A model generated the notes under the pieces. The model was not told the origin of the DNA and ran no database searches. It saw nothing but the letters and a program-made list of their open reading frames with translations. The position numbers were made by a program, and so were the translations under genes. Shown here piece after piece: positions 1-6,963 of a DNA stretch of 7,586 bases (the first letter of the stretch is position 1; the number at the start of each line of letters is the position of its first letter). This DNA is from Octopus sinensis (Eukaryota): positions 1 to 7,586 of the forward strand of contig NW_021828822.1 in NCBI RefSeq assembly GCF_006345805.1, in the 5' to 3' direction.

Positions 1-51
1 CCATAATCGATAACAATCAAATATTTTGATTCCGAGCGTGACGAGGGACCA
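1..51. repeat. End of an unclassified interspersed repeat (second copy at 5363-5414), running off the left edge
   Basis: CCATAATCGATAACA-ATCAAATATTTTGATTCCGAGCGTGACGAGGGACCA matches 5363-5414 with 3 substitutions and 1 indel. Both copies diverge right after GAGGGACCA. Confidence 0.8.
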
Positions 52-140
52 AGCAATTACATTTAAACAAGAAAATTAATTAGAAAAAAAAAAAAACAAT
101 CCAAATAACTTGAAAGCAATGAAAATAAAGCATTATAATC

Positions 141-180
141 GACACACACACACAACAACATACACACACACACACACACG
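141..180. repeat. Imperfect (CA)n microsatellite
   Basis: Direct reading: gacacacacacacaacaacatacacacacacacacacacg. Confidence 0.9.
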
Positions 181-319
181 CACCACTTATTATATATGCA
201 TAAAACAAATAACTTATCTGTCATTGTTTGTGTCTCTGATCTGAATTCTGTCAAATAATTCCATTGATTTGTCGCCGATCGAAATTTGATAGCCTATATC
301 TCCACACCGATCATTCCAA

Positions 320-805
320 TATCTCTCCCCACCCTCTCTCGCTCTCCCCTCATCATTTCTCTCTCTTTCTCTTTCACTCCCTCTCTCTCCCTCTTTCCTT
401 GTCTCTCTTTCTATTTTTCATTAATTATCTCCCTTCTCTCTCTCACCCTCTCCTCATCTTTTCTCTCTCTCTTTCTCTCTCCATTTCTCTCTCTTTCCGT
501 GTCTCTCTCTCTATTTTTCATTCTCCCTTTCTCTCTCTGTCTCACTCTCCCCCATTCTTTCTCTCTTTCTCTTTTCCTCTGCCCTCCGTCTCTCTTTCTA
601 TTTTTCATTCTCCCTCTTCTCTCTCTCTCACTCTCCCCCATTCTTTCTCTCTTTCTCTTTTTCTCTGCCCTCTCTCTCTCTCTCTATTTTTCATTCTCTC
701 TCTTCTCTCTCACTCTCCCCTCATCCTTTCTCCCTTTTTCTTTTTTTCTCCCCCTCTCTGTGTCTCTTTCTCTTTTTCGTTTATTATCATCCTTCTCTCT
801 CTCAC
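320..805. repeat. Polypyrimidine (CT-rich) tract with an ~86-100 bp higher-order unit
   Basis: Almost purely C/T on the + strand. The anchor CTATTTTTCATT recurs at 411, 511, 598 and 684. Confidence 0.9.
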
Positions 806-844
806 GTATTAATCTCGAGTTGACTCTCAAAGAGCTAAAGTGTA

Positions 845-990
845 TACGCGCGCGCACATACACACAGACACCACACATACGCATATACCCAACACATATA
901 CACATGCACACGCACGCAGGCATGCACACGCACCCACGCACTCAACAACACAAAGAATGGATGCAGTGCTAAGAACAAATGTGTGTGTGT
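845..990. repeat. Degenerate (CA/CG)n tract followed by a short (TG)n
   Basis: Direct reading of cacatacacacagacaccacac... and tgtgtgtgtgt. Confidence 0.8.
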
Positions 991-1001
991 ATAATGCGTG
1001 G

Positions 1002-1064
1002 AACCTTGTGAATGTGCCTTCCACTATGTGGATTTAGTAGAGGGGAAACTGAATGAAGCTCGTA

Positions 1065-1070
<6 letters not shown>
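1002..1070 (+). mobile_element. Small internal fragment of SINE family A
   Basis: GTGGATTTAGTAGAGGGGAAACTGAATGAAGCTCGTAGTATAT resembles the reverse complement of 2432-2472 (GTGGATTTGGTAGACGGAAACTGAAAGAAGCCTGTAGTATAT). It runs straight into (TA)n, as the family does at this position. Confidence 0.7.
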
Positions 1071-1100
<30 letters not shown>

Positions 1101-1198
1101 ATATATATATATATACGTATATTTATATATAAAATATTTATATATATATATAATATATGTATAAATTATACATAGATATATATACATATATACACCCA

Positions 1199-1251
<53 letters not shown>
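1066..1251. repeat. Imperfect (TA)n microsatellite
   Basis: Direct reading. Confidence 0.95.
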
Positions 1252-1252
<1 letters not shown>

Positions 1253-1470
1253 CCAAGAAAAAAACAACAAGAAGGATTTGTAGTTTAGTACAATTGTTTC
1301 ATACTAAGAACATTTTATTAAAGCTGCAAATATTGCAGCAAATAATGTTAAGTATTCATCAGCTAAATCACATATATGTTTTCCAAACATCCTAGAGAGT
1401 GTAAATATCCTTATGAAGCATTAGGAGTGAGTTTCATGAATTTGAAGTCAGATTAAAGCATACTTAAATG

Positions 1471-1477
<7 letters not shown>

Positions 1478-1549
<72 letters not shown>

Positions 1550-1551
1550 AT
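1478..1551. repeat. (TA)n microsatellite on the left flank of the palindromic element
   Basis: Direct reading. Confidence 0.95.
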
Positions 1552-1727
1552 TAATAATAAATATTAGGGAATAAATCCAAATTTACAGGGAAAAAATCAG
1601 ATTTAGGATTAAATCGATTTTTAGTAAAATATATAAAATATTATTCGAGCAAAAACCACTATTTTGCAAAACAAACGAGGAAAGACTTAATCAATACATA
1701 AATTTTAATAATAGTCAAAAAAAACCG

Positions 1728-1770
1728 CCACTACAATCGTTTCTTGTCTTGATCGACAATCTTCAGGTGG
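1728..1770 (-). ncRNA. Minimal type I hammerhead ribozyme motif, intact core
   Basis: The minus strand reads CCAC CUGAAGA UUGUC-GAUCAA-GACAA GAAA C-GAUU-GUA^GUGG. It has stem I CCAC/GUGG, core CUGANGA, a 5-bp stem II, GAAA, a very short stem III and a GUA cleavage triplet (predicted cut between 1732 and 1731). Confidence 0.8.
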
Positions 1771-1830
1771 ACTTCCAATAATTCAGTGTCAAATTAATGA
1801 AGTCATAATTGACACTGAATTATTGGAAGT

Positions 1831-1871
1831 CCACCTAAGATTGTCGATCAAGACAAGAACGATTGTAGTGG
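1831..1871 (+). ncRNA. Degenerate hammerhead copy (core CUAAGA and GAAC; predicted inactive)
   Basis: CCAC CTAAGA TTGTC GATCAA GACAA GAA C GATT GTA GTGG has the same stems as 1728-1770, but the G of CUGA and one A of GAAA are missing. Confidence 0.7.
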
Positions 1872-1962
1872 CGGTTTTTTTTGACTATTTATTAAAATTT
1901 ATGTATTGATTAAGTCTTCCTCGTTTGTTTTGCAAAATAGTGGTTTTGTCTCGAATAATTTT

Positions 1963-2016
1963 TATATATATATATATAATATATATATATAATATATATA
2001 TATATATATACATATT

Positions 2017-2065
<49 letters not shown>

Positions 2066-2108
2066 TATATATATATATTATATATATATTATATATATAT
2101 ACATACAT
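1963..2108. repeat. Imperfect (TA)n microsatellite on the right flank of the palindromic element
   Basis: Direct reading. Confidence 0.95.
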
Positions 2109-2323
2109 ACTCTTTCACTTTTACTCTTTACTTTTTCAGTCATTTGATTGCGGCCATGCTGGAGCACCGCCTTTAATCGACCAAATCGACCCCTGGACTT
2201 ATTCTTTGTAAGCCCAGTACTTATTCTATCGGTCTCTTATGCCGAACCGCTAAGTGACGGGGGCGTAAACACACCAGCATCGGTTGTCAAGCAATGCAGG
2301 GGACAAACACAGACACACAAACA

Positions 2324-2359
<36 letters not shown>

Positions 2360-2371
2360 ACACACATACAC

Positions 2372-2435
<64 letters not shown>

Positions 2436-2594
2436 CTACAGGCTTCTTTCAGTTTCCGTCTACCAAATCCACTCACAAGGCATTGGTCGGCCCGGGGCTA
2501 TAGTAGAAGACACTTGCCCAAGATGCCACGCAGTGGAATTGAACCCGGAACCATGTGGTTGGTTAGCAAGCTACTTACCACACAGCCACTCCTG
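2109..2594 (-). mobile_element. Full-length tRNA-derived SINE, family A (octopus-type, CORE-like central block, internal microsatellite)
   Basis: On the minus strand: A box TGGCTGTGTGG (2578-2588), B box GGTTCAATTCC (2535-2545), then CATCTTGGGCAAGTGTCTTC (resembles the MIR/CORE CCTTGGGCAAGT). An internal (TA)n(TG)n follows, then the 3' part ...GCGGTGCTCCAGCATGGCCG and an A-rich (AAAGAGT-like) tail. Homologous to four other copies in the window. Confidence 0.92.
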
Positions 2595-2615
2595 ATACAT
2601 ATATACATGTATATC

Positions 2616-2826
2616 TTGTCCCCCACCACCGATGGACCACCGGTGATAGTTTGTTTACTTCCTCGTAAATTAGGGGTTCGGCAAAAAAAACAAAACAGAA
2701 TGAATATCAGGCTTTACAAAAGAAACCAAACGTCCTGGGGTCAATTCGTTCGACTAATATTCTTCAAAGTGGTGCCCCAGCATGGTCACAGTCTTATGAC
2801 TGAAACATGTAAAATATAAAAAATAA
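2616..2826 (+). mobile_element. 3' half of a diverged family A SINE
   Basis: TTGTCCCCC...GGTTCGGCAAAA...GTCCTGGGGTCAATT...GGTGCCCCAGCATGGTCACAGTC...GACTGAAACATGTAAAA is colinear with the reverse complement of 2125-2305. Confidence 0.85.
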
Positions 2827-2902
2827 AATGTTAAAAAAATATACAACCAAAAAGATAGTAAAAAACACAAAAAGTAACACATTTTAGGTGTAACTATTTT
2901 GC

Positions 2903-3257
2903 TTTTTTACTCTTTTACTTGTTTCGGTCACTTGACTGCGGCCATGCTGGAGCACCGCCTTTAGTCGAACAAATCGACCCCAGGACTTGTTCATTGTAAG
3001 CCCAGTACTTATTCTATCGGTCTGTTTTGCCGAACCACTTAGTTACGAGGACGGTTGTCAAGCGATGGTGGGGGACAAACACAAACACACACACACACAT
3101 ACACACACACACACATGTGTATATATATATACGATGGGCTCCTTTCAGTTTCCGTCTACCAAATCCACTCCCAAGGCGTCGGTCAGCCCGATCCTATGTG
3201 CTATGCAGTGGGACTGAACCCGGGACCTTTAGGCTGGTAAGCAAGCTACTTACCACA
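2903..3257 (-). mobile_element. Family A SINE with two internal deletions and a clipped 5' end
   Basis: High similarity to 2109-2585. It lacks TAAACACACCAGCATC (junction at ~3052) and ~20 nt including the CORE-like GACACTTGCCCAAG (junction at ~3197). The B-box region is GGTTCAGTCCC on the minus strand. Confidence 0.9.
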
Positions 3258-3714
3258 TGTATTTGTTAAATAAAAGGCTCTATGTACGTTCCATGCATTG
3301 TTTTCATGTCATTCAAATATATTGAAGGGATAGGATTTCACTGCCATCTGTTTTTGCTGAGATGCAGTTTAGTGCCGTAAAAATGTGAAAGTAAATTGAG
3401 CCGGAAGTGTCAACAGCGAAATCGCATTATTTCATAAACATAGAGGTTTCATATAATTATATTTCACAGACGTTACCTCCGGTTGTCACTGCAATATGGT
3501 TTAACTTTTCTTAATACACTAAACTGCGCTTAACCCTGATTTTAATCAGAGAAGACCCGCTTATTTTCACTTTTGATTTCCTATTGTAAAGGGCTAAAAA
3601 AAAAAAAGCTTCGTCGATCTTTGGACACGAAGTGGAATTATGCCAACAGCCATGTCACTGAAGTGCGACGAAACATTTTTTGGCCCTTCATAATAAATAA
3701 TATTGTTGTAGAGC

Positions 3715-3931
3715 AAGGCGGCAAGCTGGCAGAAACATTAGCACGCCGAGTGAAATGCTTAGCGGTATTTCGTCTGCCGCTACGTTCTGAGTTCAAATTC
3801 CGCCGAGGTCGACTTTCCGTTTCATCCTTTCGGAGTCGATAAATTAAGTACCAGTTGAGTACTTAATTTAATCGACTGGCCCTTTCCCCAAAATTTCGGG
3901 CCTTGTGCCTAGAGTAGAAAAGAATATTATT
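3715..3931 (+). mobile_element. tRNA-derived SINE, family B (Meta/MESC-like central domain), with probable TSD
   Basis: A-box-like TGGCAGAAACATTAG (3727-3741) and B box GTTCAAATTCC (3791-3801). The central TTTCATCCTTTCGGAGTCGATAAATTAAGTACCAG resembles the Meta/MESC SINE domain as I recall it. It has an (ATT)-type tail. The flanks AATATTGTTGTAGAGC (3699-3714) and AATATTATTGTAAAGC (3923-3938) match at 14/16. Confidence 0.85.
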
Positions 3932-4031
3932 GTAAAGCGGTCTTTTGTCACTGTTCTATCTGTCATTGTACGACGGTTGTCTCTCTGACAGATATTGTTG
4001 TATTCCGAAGTCCTCGATAGAATGTTTCTAT

Positions 4032-4066
4032 GTGGCACTGTATGACTCCCAGTCATACAGTGTCAC
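4032..4066. other. 16-bp-stem hairpin with a 3-nt loop
   Basis: GTGGCACTGTATGACT-CCC-AGTCATACAGTGTCAC has 15 Watson-Crick pairs and one G.T pair. Confidence 0.85.
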
Positions 4067-4517
4067 TAAACCTCAAAAGATTGGATCGGTATAACGTCCA
4101 CTCAGCATCGCAGTATAATTACTACATCAGCACAGACACGACTATCAACGCAGTCTACGCGTACTCTTGACCTTCTCTGTCGACCGGCTGACTGGTATAT
4201 TTATAATGACACCCTACTACCACTTTTTACTGGGAGGGGTGTACAGTTTCATTATACAAAAAGTAAATTAAGAAATTAATAGAAATTGAATATAACAGAT
4301 TTCGTTTATTATTCAACGACTAAAAATAAACCACGCCAGTTGTAATCGCTTCCGTTTTAAAACATCGGCTTCGGATCGAACCACTTGCAAATCAAAATCG
4401 GTCTGCATTGTTTACACATATCATGACAAGGCATTCCAGTTATGGACATCCCGCTTATTTTGTTGATTTTGAAAGAAAATTTAGGCGTAATTCCTTTTTT
4501 TCTTTTCGTATAGATAC

Positions 4518-5080
4518 AGGCAAGGCCGTGTGGTTAGAAAACTCGCTTTGCAACGACGTGGTTTTGCGTTCAGTCCCACAGGGCACCACCTTGGACAAAT
4601 GCCTTCTTCTATAGCCCCTGAGCAACCAATACTTTGTGAGTGAACCTGATTGACAGAAACTGTGTGGAATCCTATTGTATATGTGTGTGTATGTGTATGT
4701 GTGTATGTGTGTGTATTTGTGTATGTATGTATTTGTGTGCGTGCGCGTATTTGTGTGTGTATTTGTGTTTGTGTATTTGTGTGTGTACGTGTGTGTTGTG
4801 TGTATATTTGTGTGTGTGTGCGTATTTGTGTGTGTGTATGTGTGTATTTGTGCGTGTTGTGTGTGTGCGTGTCTTTGTGTTTGTCCTTCACCTCCGCTTG
4901 ACAACCATTGCTGCTTTGTTTACGTCCCCGTAACATAGCGGTTCGGCAAAGGGAACAGAAAGGATCAAAAAAAGTACTGGCGTCGATTCGTTTGAGCAAA
5001 GCAGCTAATCCCTTCAAGGTGGTGCACCAGCATGGCCACAATCCAATGACCAAAACAAGTAAAAGATAAAAGATTAAAAG
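4518..5080 (+). mobile_element. Full-length, more diverged family A SINE with an expanded (TG/TA) core
   Basis: Head GGCCGTGTGGTTAG...GCGTTCAGTCCC...CACCTTGGACAAATG, a ~200-bp TG-rich tract (4679-4880), TTTACGTCCCCGTAACATAGCGGTTCGGCAAA, GGTGGTGCACCAGCATGGCCACA, and tail AAAAGATAAAAGATTAAAAG. Confidence 0.9.
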
Positions 5081-5171
5081 CTTACCATGAAACCTGCATC
5101 AAAATATCAGTGAGGCCCATTATTTTTTTAGGCAGTAACGTATGATATGCAGTAGCGATTGATATGCAATC

Positions 5172-5637
5172 CAGTGGTTCTCAACCGAGGTGGCCATATT
5201 TCCCCTGAAGGTCCATATAAGATTTTTGGAGGTCCACAAAACAAAACAGCAACCTGGTTCGTTCTTGTCTTGGCAGCAGTCAACTGCGAGGAAAATATCT
5301 ATATTTTGATCCTTTATGATTTCAATCCCTTCTTGGGTTTCAAAACTATTATTTTTTCTAAACCACAATCGATAACAGATCAAATATTTTGATTCTGAGC
5401 GTGTCGAGGGACCATTTTAAAGCATTTTAAAAGCCCCTGCAAAAACTTTGCTTTAGATATATGTATTGGTACGTATTCAATCTACATAAGCTAATGTGTG
5501 AAAAATAAAATAGGAATTATGACAGAAGTTTCTAGAAAACTAGTTTTTAAACGTCGAAAGGCTATTGGGGGGGGGGGCACCAGAATAAAATAGTAATCAA
5601 AGGGGTTTCATAGATAAAAACTGGTTGAGAAACCCTT
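5172..5637. mobile_element. hAT (Charlie-like) non-autonomous DNA transposon/MITE, probably interrupted by an insert at ~5247-5414
   Basis: The left TIR CAGTGGTTCTCAACC (5172-5186) is typical of hAT-Charlie ends. An imperfect right TIR GGTTGAGAAACCCTT lies at 5623-5637. Repeated GGTCCA subterminal motifs are present. No matching 8-bp TSD is visible. Confidence 0.7.
5247..5414. repeat. Unclassified repeat segment inside the hAT element (homologue at 1-51)
   Basis: 5363-5414 matches 1-51 directly. The left boundary (~5247) is inferred. Confidence 0.55.
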
Positions 5638-5656
5638 TGTTGGATGTTTTTATTGG

Positions 5657-5875
5657 TATGTATTGCAAGAAACGGGTCGGTTTCTTCCTCTAACATTTTA
5701 CATAATTCAACAAACACAAGTTGAGGTGTGTAAAACGAAATATGATTTTTGACAGAAGTTTCTATAAAACTAGTTTTTAAACATCGAATGGCAATGGGAT
5801 GGGGGGGATTCCATCAGAATAAAATAGTAATCAAAGGGGTCCATAGATAAAAGAAAAAATGGTTGAGAACCCATT
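5657..5875. mobile_element. Second copy of the right part of the same hAT-like element, ending in TIR GGTTGAGAACCCATT
   Basis: GACAGAAGTTTCTA(G/T)AAAACTAGTTTTTAAAC...CAGAATAAAATAGTAATCAAAGGGGT...CATAGATAAAA...GGTTGAGAA occurs at both 5521-5637 and 5751-5875, with weaker similarity extending upstream. Confidence 0.75.
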
Positions 5876-6166
5876 TGTAGACTGTTCTTCGGTTATATGT
5901 GTTGCTACTGGTTACTGACTCAGACGTTGTGGATATTCAGAGGGCAGCTTTCGTCATTCTTTTCTTTTTCCAAGAAGAATGTTGTTATCACCAATATGGC
6001 GGAAACAACTCTTCCAAACTCATTATCGCCATTGTCTCCTCAGTCATCACTGCTGCCATGTTTAAAATAAACTTCTGCCAGGACGAACAGACAGAATAGT
6101 ATAACAATTAAAAATGCATCATATTCTAAATGAAGTGATGATGGGAGGAAACGGGTCAGGTTACCA

Positions 6167-6168
6167 AT

Positions 6169-6218
<50 letters not shown>

Positions 6219-6354
6219 ATAATAATATACATATACGTATATAAATATACATATATATATATATATATAAATAAATACATAATATATGTATGTATATATG
6301 TATGCATGTATGTATGTATATATATATACATATATATCCTTAATCCACTTGTCT

Positions 6355-6399
<45 letters not shown>

Positions 6400-6460
6400 A
6401 TTTATATATATGTATACACACACGCACACACGCACATATATATATACACATACATATATA
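6167..6460. repeat. Compound microsatellite (TG)n-(TA)n-(TATG)n, (TC)n at ~6356-6394, then (TA/CA)n
   Basis: Direct reading. Confidence 0.95.
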
Positions 6461-6778
6461 AATATCACTTAACTGCTCCTCGTCGTTACTCTGTTGCCTC
6501 TTACATGATATCATATAAATAATCAGATGTTTAACTTACGTTTAAGTAAATAGATTTCATGGCAAATAAAACAGAAGTTGCTAAACAAGTCTTACAGCAC
6601 ACAAAAATGGTGACGATCACATCAATGGCAGCGAAGGCAAGGATGATAATCCATTCCATAAGAAAGACAATGGCTTATTAATTAATTTGGAGCAGGTTTA
6701 CTTTTACTACAGAATGCAATTATTAAAATCTACACTGTCTAGAAAATTCTTATAAAGACTAGCACCCTCCTCTCAGAA

Positions 6779-6963
6779 TTTCTTCTTCTTCTTCTTCTTC
6801 TTCTTCTTCTTCTTCTTCTTTCTTCTTCTTTCTTCTTCTTCTTCTCTTCTTCTTCTTTCTTCTTCTTCTTCTTCTTCTTCTTCTTCTTCTTCTTCTCTTC
6901 TTCTTCTTCTTCTTCTTCTCCTCCTCCTCCTCCTCATCATCATCATCATCATCATCATCATCA
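6779..6963. repeat. Compound trinucleotide microsatellite (TTC)n-(CTC)n-(ATC)n
   Basis: Direct reading; transitions at ~6918 and ~6935. Confidence 0.97.

Larger units (their letters stand above)
1552..1966. mobile_element. Probable Penelope-like retroelement terminal-repeat remnant, two units head-to-head (inverted)
   Basis: The inverted arms 1631-1800 and 1803-1966 each contain a minimal hammerhead motif. The left unit continues ~80 nt further (1552-1630), and both outer ends run into (TA)n. Minimal hammerheads in terminal repeats and inverted partial repeats are established features of Penelope-like elements. No RT or GIY-YIG ORF is present, so the class is inferred. Confidence 0.6.
1631..1966. 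repeat. Near-perfect inverted repeat (palindrome), ~165-bp arms, centre at 1801-1802
   Basis: For example AATAATTCAGTGTCAA (1777-1792) pairs with TTGACACTGAATTATT (1809-1824), and CCACTATTTTGCAAAACAAACGAGG pairs with CCTCGTTTGTTTTGCAAAATAGTGG. Differences are mostly single-base indels. Confidence 0.97.

Noticed and set aside
320-805. Regularly spaced repeats suggestive of a CRISPR array
   Set aside because: The spacers are themselves homologous low-complexity CT sequence, the context is eukaryotic, and there are no cas genes.
63-1256. ORFs of 63-228 aa in several frames
   Set aside because: They are translations of CT, CA and TA microsatellites (poly-SL, HT, YI), overlap on both strands, and contain no domain-like sequence.
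1323-1339. Small palindrome GCTGCAA-ATA-TTGCAGC
   Set aside because: A 7-bp stem is expected by chance in 7.6 kb and has no supporting context.
2535-2594. tRNA-like A and B boxes (also at 3727-3801, 4524-4577, 7217-7271)
   Set aside because: These are SINE heads, not tRNA genes: no complete cloverleaf, and each continues into SINE body sequence.
1925-3269. ORFs including the 223-aa ORF at 2148-2819
   Set aside because: They run through SINE copies and their internal microsatellites; SINE-derived pseudo-ORFs.
3573-4056. 89-aa (+) and 62-aa (-) ORFs
   Set aside because: Both overlap the family B SINE and show no recognisable protein motif.
4490-4513. Acceptor-like TTCCTTTTTTTCTTTTCGTATAG before the SINE at 4518
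   Set aside because: T-rich tracts are common here and no downstream exon or donor is evident.
5259-5272. 14-nt inverted match to the hammerhead region (CAAGACAAGAACGA, 1849-1862)
   Set aside because: No CUGANGA core or matching stems around it; probably chance.
4408-5392. Multiple overlapping ORFs (68-190 aa)
   Set aside because: Derived from the TG-rich SINE interior and the MITE; stop-poor because of repeat composition.
5899-6099. 66-aa ORF or possible exon after TTTTCTTTTTCCAAG
   Set aside because: No recognisable homology in any frame and no convincing donor site; cannot be supported.
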